Source of the DNA: Alphaproteobacteria bacterium
Lineage (GTDB): Bacteria; Pseudomonadota; Alphaproteobacteria; UBA828
NCBI GenBank assembly: GCA_963422645.2
Contig: CAXXVO010000015.1
Coordinates: 1 to 64,000, forward strand
DNA length: 64,000 nucleotides
Direction of reading: 5' to 3'
A program made the position numbers and the translations under genes. Below the pieces are notes generated by a model that had not been told where the DNA came from, did not search any database, and saw only the letters and a program-made list of their open reading frames with translations. Positions 11,724 through 21,193 of this stretch are shown here, one piece after another. Position 1 is the stretch's first letter. Each line of letters begins with the position of its first letter.

Positions 11724-12237
11724 ATACTAGGCCCTGTACCCATAAATAATTGTCTGTGAGAGCGAATCATGATTCAAGCTCCCAAATTGCGGGAGCTTGG
11801 CGATGAACCGTTACGATCTGACCGACTTCGAATGGAGCGTGATCGAACCGTTGCTGCCGAACAAGCCGCGCGGGGTCCCTCGTGTGGACGACCGGCGCGT
11901 GCTCAACGGCATCATGTGGGTGCTGCGCTCCGGCGCCCCCTGGCGAGACCTGCCGGAGCGCTACGGGCCCGACACCACCTGTTACAACCGCTTCAATCGC
12001 TGGCGCAAGAAGGGCATCCGGGATCGCCTTATGGACGCTATCGTCGAGGCTTGCGACGGCGACATACAGATGATCGGCAGTTCTAGCGTCCGGGTTCACC
12101 AGCACGCAGCGGGTTCAAAAAGATGGGGTATTCGGGTTGGCTTTTGAGCCTGCCACCTGAGGTGGCTGCTCCTCCGGCCTTATCGTTGAAAAGAGGTCCT
12201 CACGAGTCGGCCTCAGCCAGAAGGAGGAGGAGCAGCC

Positions 12238-13281
12238 ATGAAGCATTTTGCCGGACTCGACGTCTCGTTGGAATGGACAAGCCTGTGCGTAGTAGACGAA
12301 GTCGGGCAGATTGTCCGGGAAGCGAAAGTCCTGAGCGAACCCGATGCGCTGGTAGCGTTCTTCGCCGAGTTGGACGTTCGGGTGACGCGTATCTGTCTCG
12401 AGGCGGGCCCGCTGTCGCAGTGGCTTCATGACGGCCTCGCTGAGGCCGGCTTGCCGGTGGTGTGCGCGGAGACCCGCCAGCTGAAGGCCGTGCTGTCGGC
12501 GACAGTGAACAAGAGCGACCGCAGCGATGCGCGCGGGATCGCGCAGATGCTGAGGGTGAACATGATTCGGCCGGTCCACGTGAAGACGGTGTCGAGTCAG
12601 GAAAAGCGAATGCTGCTGACGAACCGCAAGTTCATGCTGAAGCAACTGTGCGACGCCGAGTCCCACATCCGCGGCACGCTACGCAACTTCGGGTTGAAGG
12701 TCGGCCAGGTCAGCCGTGGTCGGTTCGAGACGCGAATCCGCGAACTGGTCGAGGATCGGGCGGCGCTGACATGTCTGGTGCAGCCGCTGCTGCGTGCACG
12801 GGCAGAACTGCTGACAGCCTTCAACGAGCTGCACAGCATGATGCTTCATCAGGTGCGGGCCGATCCGGTCTGCCGCCGTTTGATGACAATCCCTGGTGTC
12901 GGTCCGGTGACGGCGTTGACCTTCCGGGCCACCGTCGATGTTCCGGCGCGCTTCGGCCGTTCTCGCTCGGTAGGTGCCCACTTCGGTCTGACGCCACGCA
13001 AATGGCAATCCGGGGAGATCGATCACATGGGTCGGATCTCCAAATGCGGCGATGCGATGATGCGAACGGCACTCTACGACGCCGCCCACAGTATGCTCAC
13101 ACGAACGACGCGGTGGTCGTGGTTGAAGGCGTGGGCCATGCAAGTGGCAAAACGCCGTGGCCAGGAGCGGGCGAAGATTGCGCTCGCTCGCCGCCTCGGC
13201 GTGATCATGCACCGCATGTGGATGGATGGCAGCGAGTTCCGGTGGAACCGCGGCAGCGCAGACGCTGCGGCCGCCGCCTGA
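12238..13281 (+). CDS. IS110/IS1111 DEDD recombinase (347 aa)
   Basis: GLDVS, CLEAG, KSDRSDA, IPGVG, GLTP...QSG motifs; ggaggag RBS. Confidence 0.95.
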   Translation: MKHFAGLDVSLEWTSLCVVDEVGQIVREAKVLSEPDALVAFFAELDVRVTRICLEAGPLSQWLHDGLAEAGLPVVCAETRQLKAVLSATVNKSDRSDARGIAQMLRVNMIRPVHVKTVSSQEKRMLLTNRKFMLKQLCDAESHIRGTLRNFGLKVGQVSRGRFETRIRELVEDRAALTCLVQPLLRARAELLTAFNELHSMMLHQVRADPVCRRLMTIPGVGPVTALTFRATVDVPARFGRSRSVGAHFGLTPRKWQSGEIDHMGRISKCGDAMMRTALYDAAHSMLTRTTRWSWLKAWAMQVAKRRGQERAKIALARRLGVIMHRMWMDGSEFRWNRGSADAAAAA

Positions 13282-13319
13282 GAGCACACGGTAACGGGAA
13301 GGAAAAGTCGAGAGCTTCC

Positions 13320-13520
13320 GCTCTGGCGGAGGATGTCCCCGTGGGGACGAAGGATGAGGTGAGACCGTGGCCCCCCAAGCCCCAATCCGTCGACGACGGG
13401 GTGAGGGCGTCAAAAAGATTGTTCCGCCTCGTCTTCTGATCCCATCTTGTTGACGGCTTCGGATACAGGGCCGATCACGAAGAGAAGCACGACCCCCACG
13501 GTGGGATATCTGCAGCCAAA
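13320..13520 (+). ncRNA. candidate bridge/seek RNA of the IS1111 element
   Basis: Four 7-8 nt segments match both halves of the reconstructed target and circle junction; hairpins between them; boundaries approximate. Confidence 0.8.
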
Positions 13521-14053
13521 CGCGGTAGAGAGGAGGAAGAGCCGGAGGAGTCCTTGACTGAGACAACCCGAATAGAGAAGGGGGGGCCGGATCATTGCAT
13601 GGGTCGTTTCCGAGGCGGACTGACGACGAAGATCCACACCGTGGTCGACGCCAGCGGGCTGCCGCTCCGCTTCGCCTTGAGCCCCGGTCAGGCCCATGAC
13701 AGCACCCTTGCCGGAGCTTTGCTCGACGATCACCTGCCGCCCGACAGCTTCGTGCTCGCCGACAAGGCCTACGACGCCGAATGGATCAGGGCGATGATCG
13801 AGGCGCAGGATGCGGTGCCGATCATCCCCAACCGCAGCACCACCACCACGCCACATGCCTTCAGCCGAGTTCTCTACCGCATGCGCAACCCGGTCGAGCG
13901 TTTCTTCAACAAACTCAAACAGTTCCGGTGCATCGCAACACGCTACGAAAGACTCGCCGCCAACTACCTCGCCATGATCAAAATCGCCACCATCCGCATC
14001 TGGCTGCGAGTTAATGAGTCCACGGCCTAACACGGTGTGGATACGAAAGAAAA

Positions 14054-15081
14054 GGCTCAATTCGTGAATCGTAGGCGTCGTGATAGCATGTCGCTCGATT
14101 CGCCTTGGAGGTCAGACAGATGGATCACGAGCGGTTTCGGGATTGGTTCTCGCGTGTCGATGAATTGACGGCGGCGCAGCGCGGGGAGGTGGCAGCGGTG
14201 CTGTCGGAGCCTTCGGAGGGCGCGGCCTCGCTGGCGGCGATCGAGCTGGGCGTGGATGACGAGCGGCGCTGTCCGCATTGCGGCGCCGGCGGGGCGGTGT
14301 CGCGGGGCAAGGCGCGCGGTCTTCGCCGGTTCCGGTGCAAGGACTGCGGGAAGACCTTAGGTGCGCTGACCGGCACAGCGCTGTCGAGTCTGCACCATAA
14401 GGAGCGCTGGCTTGCCTTTGGCGCCTCGCTTGCCGAAGGCGAGACGATCAAAGAGGCTGCAGAGCGCTGCGGGATAGCGCCGGGCACGGCGCATCGCTGG
14501 CGACACCGCTTTCTGGCGGCGGTGCGCCAGGCGCCGGATCGGCTTGCCGGGTCGTCGAGGCTGACGAGAGCTTCGTTCTGGAGAGCCGCAAGGGGGAGCG
14601 GAAGCTGGACCGCAAGCCGCGCCGGCGCGGCGGGAAGGCCCGCAAACGCGGCCTCTCGCGCGAGCAGGTGCCGATCCTGGTCGCCGCCGACCGTGCGGGC
14701 GAGACCCTCAGCCATACCCTGCCCGCGCTGAACGCAAAGAGCGTGAAGCAGGTGCTGGAGCCGGTCGTCGCGCCGGATGCACTGCTCGTCTCCGACGCCA
14801 ACCGCTGCTATCCGCCCGTTGCGGCGGCGCTCAACATCCCTCACGAGAGCATCAACGCTTCTGCTGGCGAGCGGGTCCGGGGTGCGCTACACATCCAGAC
14901 GGTCAACAGCCGCCACAGCCAGATCAAGGGCTTTCTGCGCAGGCGGCGCGGCATCGCCATCAAGTACCTGGACAGCTATCCGAGGTGGTTCCATCTCATC
15001 GAACCCGGCGATCAGCCATCGCCCGGAGCCCGCCTCGAGGCGGCGATCGCCAGACCGCGCCTATGTTTCGCGAATTGAGCC
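14054..15081 (+). mobile_element. IS1595-family element with frameshifted transposase (14120-15078)
   Basis: IRs ggctcaattcg... / ...cgaattgagcc; CPHCG/CKDCG zinc ribbon, LLVSD, HIQTVNSRHS; frameshift near 14550. Confidence 0.9.
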
Positions 15082-15170
15082 AAAATGTTCCTGGCCGATT
15101 GGACAACCTTGCATATTTTGACGTATTTTCCGGGCATGCTTACGAGCAGCCGTACAGGGCCGGATCGACG

Positions 15171-15383
15171 ATGACTGACACCGATGTCATGACCGTGCGC
15201 GACGTGGCCGAGTACCTCAAGGTCAAGGACCGTACGATCTACCGGCTGGTTGCCAACGGAGAGATACCGGGCTTCAAGGTTGGAGGCTCCTGGCGGTTCA
15301 GGAAAAGCGAGATCGACCTGTGGACCGAGGCGCACGCGGTCGGGACAAGCGACCCGGATAGGCGGATGGAGAGCAGCGTATGA
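15171..15383 (+). CDS. excisionase-like HTH DNA-binding protein (70 aa)
   Basis: MTVRDVAEYLKV..RTIYRL...EIPGFKVGGSWRF; ATGA overlap with next gene. Confidence 0.88.
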   Translation: MTDTDVMTVRDVAEYLKVKDRTIYRLVANGEIPGFKVGGSWRFRKSEIDLWTEAHAVGTSDPDRRMESSV

Positions 15384-18300
15384 CCGTCCCGACGATATTC
15401 GAGATCTGCCGGCCGCGCGCGGATGTCCTGGAGGGCGCGGTTGCCGAGGCCGATTTCGCAGCGGACCTGGCCCAGGTCATCGTCGGCAAGGGAAATGCCG
15501 AGTATCGAGATCCGGCCAGTTTCTTCGCCAACACCTATCCCACACGGGGCCTCCAGAACCTGCTCGCCAACATGTGCCGCCGGCTGGCCGGGGCGGGCGG
15601 CGAGGTCGCGTCGATTTTCCGGCTCGATACGTCCTATGGCGGTGGCAAGTCCCACGGGCTGATCGCGTTGTGCCATGCCGCGCGTAATGCGCGGGACGTG
15701 CCTGGTATCGAGGAGTTTGTCGATCCCTCGCTTCTGCCGCACGGCCGCGTGCGCATCGCCGCCTTCGACGGCGAGAACGCCGATCCGGCCAATGGCCGCC
15801 GGATGGAAGACGGTCTGCTCGCCTACACCCCCTGGGGTGAGATCGCATACGCGCTCGCCGGCAGGGACGGGTACGAGCGTGTGCGCAAGAGCGACGAAAG
15901 CCGCATCGCGCCGGGCGCCGAGACCTTGCGCGAACTGTTCGGCAGCGAACCGGCCCTGATTCTGCTGGACGAGCTTTCGGTCTATCTGCGCAAGGTGCGC
16001 AACCTCGGGGATGCACGCGACCAGTTGACGGCGTTCCTGACCTCTCTGTTCAAGGCCGTCGAAGGCGCGCCCGACGCCGTTCTGGTCTACACGCTGGCGA
16101 TCGGCAAGGACGGGGGGGCAACCGATGCCTACACCGAGGAGAACCAGTTCATCGCCGATCGATTGGCGGAAGCGGAAAGCGTCTCGGCGCGCAAGGCGAC
16201 GCTGTTGAATCCTACCGAGGAGGACGAGACGGTCCAGGTACTTCGCCGTCGCCTGTTCGAATCCATCGACGAGGCGGCGATTCCGGCGGTTACGGATGCC
16301 TACCGGACGCTTTGGGGAGCCAACAGAGAGTCCCTGGCGGACGATGCCGCCCGGCCCGGGACCGTCGAGGCCTTCAGGTCGAGCTACCCACTGCATCCGG
16401 AAGTTCTGGAAACTCTGACCGCGAAGACCGCGACGCTGGGCAACTTCCAGCGGGTGCGCGGCATGCTGCGGCTCCTGGCGCGCACGATCTCGCGTCTTTG
16501 GGATGAAAAGCCGACGGACGCGGCCGCGATTCACCTTCATCATATCGACCCGGGCCATGAGCCGATCCGCCGGGAAATCGTCACACGCCTCGGGCAGTCC
16601 GCCTACGGGCCGGCGATCACCAACGATGTCGCCGCCGGGCCGGTCGAGAAGAAGGCGCTGGCGCAGGAGATCGACGCCACCGATCACGGCGGCCTGCCAC
16701 CCTACACGGCCTATGTCGCACGCACCGTCTTCATGCACACGCTCGCCTTCAATGATCCCCTGAAGGGGATTTCGCCGGAGCGGTTGCGCTATTCGGTGCT
16801 CGGTCCAGCGGCGGACATCAGCTTTATCGAGGCAGCGCGCAAGAAATTCATTGCCGAGTCCGCCTACCTGGACGACCGCCCGGGCGCGCCGATGCGCTTT
16901 CTGGCCGAAGCCAATCTGCGGCAGATCGTCCGTCGCGAGGAAAACCATGTCGATGCCGGGGAAGCGCGCGCCCAACTTAACGACCATATCCGTGAGATAT
17001 TCGGCGGCACGACATTCGAGGCGGCGCCGTTCCCCGGAGGACCGTTCGATGTTCCCGACGAGGTCGCGGACGGACGTCCGAAGCTGGTCGTCCTGGCCTA
17101 TGACGGAGTGACCATCGGCAGTTCGGTCGAAAACGTCCCTGAGTTGATCGAGCGTATCCACACCCGGAAAGGTTCGGAAGGCTCCGCCTTGCGGGCGCTG
17201 CGCAACAATCTGGTGTTCATCGTCGCGGACGACGCGCGCAAGGAGGAGATGCGCCGCAAGACCCATCGCCGCCTCGCCTTGAGGGAGTTGAAGAAGCCGG
17301 AACGTCTCGTCGAATTGGCGGAGCACCAGCAGGCTCAGCTGCGCGAGATGGAAGTCCGATCGGAGCAGGAACTCGCAATCGCCATTCAACAGTGCTACCG
17401 GCATGTGTTCTACCCGTCCCGCAACCGCGTCGGCGCGAGCGATGTCGATCTCGCCCACTCGGCGCTCGACATCCACTCTACGTCCGACCAGCCCGGCGCC
17501 GGACAGCGCCAGATCGTGCGGGCGTTGCGCGACCTCAACAAGCTGCGCCTTCCCGAGGACGAACCGGACTCGCCCGCTTATGTGCGCGACCGCACGCCCC
17601 TCAAGAAGGGGGAGATTACCACGCTCGCGCTGCGCGATGAGTTCCGCCGGGACCCGGCGCTGCCGATTCTGGTCGGCGACGATACCTTCATTCGCGGCGT
17701 ACGGCGCGGCATTGAGCAGGGCGAATATGTCTACCGGCGGGGAGACTTGCTGTTCGGGCCGGGCGATCCCTCGGCCGGCATCGAGATCGATGAGCAATCA
17801 TTGGTCTGCACGATGGCTTATGCGAAGAACGCCGGCATCTGGCCGCGCAAATCCGACGAGCATTCGCCTGCAAAGCCTGACAGGCTGGAGGACAGCCAGT
17901 GGCAGACGCCGCTTGCCGCCGGACCGGGCGCAGGTTACAGAGCCGCGCCGGCTGGCGGCCGTCCCGCGCCGCCAGCCGGCGCGTTTACCGCCGAAGGCGT
18001 GCTCAGGGAGGCGTTGGTCCGGCTTTGGGAACAGGCCCGGGCGAAGGATGTCGAGACTATAGGGATCCTGACCATCCGCATGTTCGAGGCGGGCGACGGC
18101 TTCCGGCTTCTCGGCGCCGTGGGCGCCGTGCCCGGCGCCGAAAAATCGGTCATGTTCACGGGCGGTTACGAGACCCGTGACGGCGGATCGTTCGAACTGG
18201 AGTTCCGGGGGCCGGTTGCCGACGCCCAGCCGGTGCGGGAGTTTCTCGAGCCGCAGCTGCGTGACGCCAATGAAAAAAACCTGGAAGCGAGCTTCCAATT

Positions 18301-18418
18301 GACCTTCGGCAACGGGCTGCCGATGCAAGGCGATGCGGCGGAGAAGCTGACCGAGCGTCTCGGCCGGTTCGCGAGCGGCGCCGCATATGTGTCGGCGACG
18401 GCGGAAGCGAAAACGTAA
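15380..18418 (+). CDS. DUF499-family AAA+ ATPase (restriction-like defence system)
   Basis: FAADL, FFANTYPT.GL, Walker A TSYGGGKSH, Walker B LILLDEL, YPLHPE, FQRVRGMLR. Confidence 0.9.
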   Translation: MTVPTIFEICRPRADVLEGAVAEADFAADLAQVIVGKGNAEYRDPASFFANTYPTRGLQNLLANMCRRLAGAGGEVASIFRLDTSYGGGKSHGLIALCHAARNARDVPGIEEFVDPSLLPHGRVRIAAFDGENADPANGRRMEDGLLAYTPWGEIAYALAGRDGYERVRKSDESRIAPGAETLRELFGSEPALILLDELSVYLRKVRNLGDARDQLTAFLTSLFKAVEGAPDAVLVYTLAIGKDGGATDAYTEENQFIADRLAEAESVSARKATLLNPTEEDETVQVLRRRLFESIDEAAIPAVTDAYRTLWGANRESLADDAARPGTVEAFRSSYPLHPEVLETLTAKTATLGNFQRVRGMLRLLARTISRLWDEKPTDAAAIHLHHIDPGHEPIRREIVTRLGQSAYGPAITNDVAAGPVEKKALAQEIDATDHGGLPPYTAYVARTVFMHTLAFNDPLKGISPERLRYSVLGPAADISFIEAARKKFIAESAYLDDRPGAPMRFLAEANLRQIVRREENHVDAGEARAQLNDHIREIFGGTTFEAAPFPGGPFDVPDEVADGRPKLVVLAYDGVTIGSSVENVPELIERIHTRKGSEGSALRALRNNLVFIVADDARKEEMRRKTHRRLALRELKKPERLVELAEHQQAQLREMEVRSEQELAIAIQQCYRHVFYPSRNRVGASDVDLAHSALDIHSTSDQPGAGQRQIVRALRDLNKLRLPEDEPDSPAYVRDRTPLKKGEITTLALRDEFRRDPALPILVGDDTFIRGVRRGIEQGEYVYRRGDLLFGPGDPSAGIEIDEQSLVCTMAYAKNAGIWPRKSDEHSPAKPDRLEDSQWQTPLAAGPGAGYRAAPAGGRPAPPAGAFTAEGVLREALVRLWEQARAKDVETIGILTIRMFEAGDGFRLLGAVGAVPGAEKSVMFTGGYETRDGGSFELEFRGPVADAQPVREFLEPQLRDANEKNLEASFQLTFGNGLPMQGDAAEKLTERLGRFASGAAYVSATAEAKT

Positions 18419-18420
18419 AG

Positions 18421-18900
18421 ATGGCGCAGCCGGAGCGAATCTCGCAAATCGCGACGCCGAACTCCGCCCCCCGCTACGAGCTACGGGTGCGGCGTCGCGG
18501 ACCAGTGGACGCCGAGTATGAGATTTGGCAACTGCCCGCGGCCGCATCGCCTCATGTGACATCGGCGCAGCGCGTCGCCGGGCTTCGGGGTCGTAACATC
18601 GAACTGGTGGAGCATCGGGTGCTGCGACGGCTCTCGCAAGCCGGAGTCAAGCTCGGACGACGCGCCACGGCCACGAAGCGCGGCTATGCGTTGACGGAAG
18701 ACCTCGCTCTCATGCTGGGGCTCCTGTTCCGCACCTTGGCGCCGATGCGCAGCCGCAACAACATGCGCGCAGTCGCCGAAGGAATCGAAGCGATGGGCCG
18801 CGAGGAGGCGGCTTATTGGTTGGGCATGGCGATGCACCGGAAACATCCGCGCCGGGTGCTGAGCGCGTTGCGATGCCTGTTGACAGAACCGAAGCGGTGA
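18421..18900 (+). CDS. small DUF499-system accessory protein (DUF3780 position)
   Basis: Directly follows the DUF499 gene; C-terminal EEAAYW...ALRCLL signature. Confidence 0.7.
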   Translation: MAQPERISQIATPNSAPRYELRVRRRGPVDAEYEIWQLPAAASPHVTSAQRVAGLRGRNIELVEHRVLRRLSQAGVKLGRRATATKRGYALTEDLALMLGLLFRTLAPMRSRNNMRAVAEGIEAMGREEAAYWLGMAMHRKHPRRVLSALRCLLTEPKR

Positions 18901-20048
18901 GCGGGCAAGTAGCCATGCAAGAAACACGGAACGATGACGCGACACAAGCCGGAGCGCTTGAGACATCCGTGCAGGAGGAAGAACTCGAAGGGTTGGACCA
19001 CGACAGCGCATCATGGGGCGATTACCCCATCGACGATCTCCTGATCCGGCACGAGAACCGCACGATCCATGATGTCATCCGTCGGATCAAGAAGTCCAAC
19101 TACATCATGAACCCCGATTTCCAGCGCGACTTTATATGGTCCGAAGATAAACAAAGCAAACTCATCGAGTCGGTTATCATGCGTATCCCTCTGCCGGTCT
19201 TCTACGTGGCGGAAAACGATGACGGGCGGATGGTGGTCGTGGATGGTTTGCAGCGCCTCTCCACATTTCACCGATTCATAACGGATGAACTGAAGCTGCA
19301 CCTGCCGGATCGAAACGAGCTGCATGGTAAGAAGTTCTCGGACCTGGGGCCCAAACTCAAAAACCGCGTCGAAGACTGTAATCTTATACTCTACATCATT
19401 GATACAAAAGTACCGGAGCGCGCTCGTTTGGATATCTTCGAGCGCGTGAACAGCGGTGAACCGCTCACGCGGCAGCAGATGCGCAACAGCCTTTTCATGG
19501 GATGTGGAACTCGTTTTCTGAGAAAAGAGTCGCAAACGGACATATTTCGCGAAGCGACAGGTGGGAGCTTGAACGCGAAAAAAATGAGGGACCGGGAGTT
19601 CGTCAATCGATTTTGCGCCTTTCAACTCCTCGGCCTCGATGAATATCGCGGCGATATGGATGACTTTCTTGCCAGATGCCTGCGCCGAATGAATGGGATG
19701 AATGAAGGTGAACTATCAAGGTTGTCCGCGGAATTTCGCCTGGGCCTCGCTAATAATTTTCTGTTGTTCAACCACCATGCGTTCAGAAAACATGTATCGA
19801 ACCAGGAACGACGCAGCGTTCTCAATGCCTCCTTCTGGGATGTGATGTCCACCGGTTTATCTCGGCACACTGAAGCCCGGGTTGCGGCATGTGCCGCGCG
19901 TCTTCTTCAAGCTATCTATGAGCTGCTGGCGGACGAGGAGTTCAATGACGCGATCACCTACAGCACAAACCACACCAGGAAGGTAAGGCGCCGGTTTGAA
20001 ATGGCCGCAAGAAAACTCGAGGAGGTTCTGGGTGCTCACACGGATTGA
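18897..20048 (+). CDS. DUF262 (ParB-like) domain protein, Menshen NsnA-like
   Basis: PDFQRDFIW, LIESV, VVDGLQRL, IFERVNSG; GTG start overlapping upstream TGA (alternative ATG 18915). Confidence 0.9.
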   Translation: MSGQVAMQETRNDDATQAGALETSVQEEELEGLDHDSASWGDYPIDDLLIRHENRTIHDVIRRIKKSNYIMNPDFQRDFIWSEDKQSKLIESVIMRIPLPVFYVAENDDGRMVVVDGLQRLSTFHRFITDELKLHLPDRNELHGKKFSDLGPKLKNRVEDCNLILYIIDTKVPERARLDIFERVNSGEPLTRQQMRNSLFMGCGTRFLRKESQTDIFREATGGSLNAKKMRDREFVNRFCAFQLLGLDEYRGDMDDFLARCLRRMNGMNEGELSRLSAEFRLGLANNFLLFNHHAFRKHVSNQERRSVLNASFWDVMSTGLSRHTEARVAACAARLLQAIYELLADEEFNDAITYSTNHTRKVRRRFEMAARKLEEVLGAHTD

Positions 20049-21192
20049 TTTGCAACATTTCAAATGCTTCGAGAAGTTGAAGCTGTCGCTGCGCCCGTTG
20101 ACCCTTTTGTCCGGCGCCAATGCCTCCGGGAAATCTTCGGTGGTGCAGGCGCTGGCGCTACTGCATCAGACGATGCGCGAACATGAATGGTCGTCGCGTC
20201 TGATGCTCAACGGCGCAGCCGTCCGTCTCGGTACCGCGGCGGAGGTGATCGACCAGGTTCACGGGCGCCGCAATCTCGGGATCGCGCTTGTGGACGGCGA
20301 TGCGGCCCGGTTTCAATGGGAGTTCGAGGGCGAACACGACGAGATGTCGCTGGCGGTGAGACGTGCTCATGGCGAGACTGGCGACGGCGATGTCTGGGAT
20401 GTCGACGAGACCCAGTCGCTTCACTATCTGCTGCCGGCGCCGGCAAGCCGTCATCCGCTGACCGCCCGTCTGCGCGGGCTCACTTACCTGACCGCTGAAA
20501 GACTGGGGCCGCGCGAGCATTACATGCTCGACGATCCTCAGCTTACGCCCGTCGTCGGCCCGCGCGGGGAATACGCCGTCAGCGTTCTTCACTCCGGCCG
20601 CGATATTCGTGTGCTGGGCAGGCTGGTGGCCGGGAACGTCCCGCCTACGCGGTTCCGGCAGGTGGAGGCTCGGATGGCGCACTTCTTTCCGGGTTGTGTG
20701 CTGGCGATCGAGCAAATGCCGCGTATGAACGCCGTCACGTTGGGAATTCGCGTATCCAGCGACACGGAATTTCACCGTCCTGTTCACGCCGGATTTGGGC
20801 TGACACAGGCTCTGCCCATCGTCGTGGCGGCCTTGTCGGCGAGCAATGACGGTCTGCTGTTGATCGAGAATCCCGAAGTGCACCTGCATCCCGCCGGGCA
20901 GGCCGCGATGGGAAAATTCCTCGCCGAGGTCGCGTCTGCAGGCGTGCAAGTCGTGATCGAGACGCACAGCGACCATGTGCTGAATGGCGTTCGACGCGCC
21001 GTCAAGGGCGGGATGCTGCCCAGCGGCGATGTCGCGCTGCATTTCTTGCGGACGCGACGCGAGGATGGGGCCGGCGGTGGGCCTCAGGTCGAGAGTCCGG
21101 CAATCGACGCCGATGGCAATATCGACAGTTGGCCGGACGGGTTCTTCGATCAGTTCGACAGGGACATGAACTATTTCGCCGGCTGGAGTTGA
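20032..21192 (+). CDS. ABC-type ATPase with DUF3696 C-terminus, Menshen NsnB-like
   Basis: GANASGKS, GFGLTQALP, IENPEVHLHP, ETHSDH, WPDGFFDQ. Confidence 0.9.
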   Translation: MLTRIDLQHFKCFEKLKLSLRPLTLLSGANASGKSSVVQALALLHQTMREHEWSSRLMLNGAAVRLGTAAEVIDQVHGRRNLGIALVDGDAARFQWEFEGEHDEMSLAVRRAHGETGDGDVWDVDETQSLHYLLPAPASRHPLTARLRGLTYLTAERLGPREHYMLDDPQLTPVVGPRGEYAVSVLHSGRDIRVLGRLVAGNVPPTRFRQVEARMAHFFPGCVLAIEQMPRMNAVTLGIRVSSDTEFHRPVHAGFGLTQALPIVVAALSASNDGLLLIENPEVHLHPAGQAAMGKFLAEVASAGVQVVIETHSDHVLNGVRRAVKGGMLPSGDVALHFLRTRREDGAGGGPQVESPAIDADGNIDSWPDGFFDQFDRDMNYFAGWS

Positions 21193-21193
21193 T

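Larger units (their letters stand above)
12123..13580 (+). mobile_element. IS110-family, IS1111-subgroup element
   Basis: 11-bp subterminal IRs tattcgggttg (12129-12139) / caacccgaata (13564-13574); AG core at both junctions; long 3' non-coding region. Confidence 0.92.
11730..14027 (+). mobile_element. IS5-family (IS427-group-like) two-ORF element interrupted by IS1111
   Basis: Imperfect IRs ggccctgtacccataaa / ttaatgagtccacggcc with TA on both flanks; orfA MNRYDLTDFEW (11803-12120); orfB GGLTTKIH, ADKAYD, RNPVERFFNKLKQFR (13581-14030). Confidence 0.92.

Noticed and set aside
15239-17797. Long antisense and alternate-frame ORFs (852 aa here; similar ones over transposases and core genes)
   Set aside because: Shadows of real genes in high-GC DNA; no recognisable motifs
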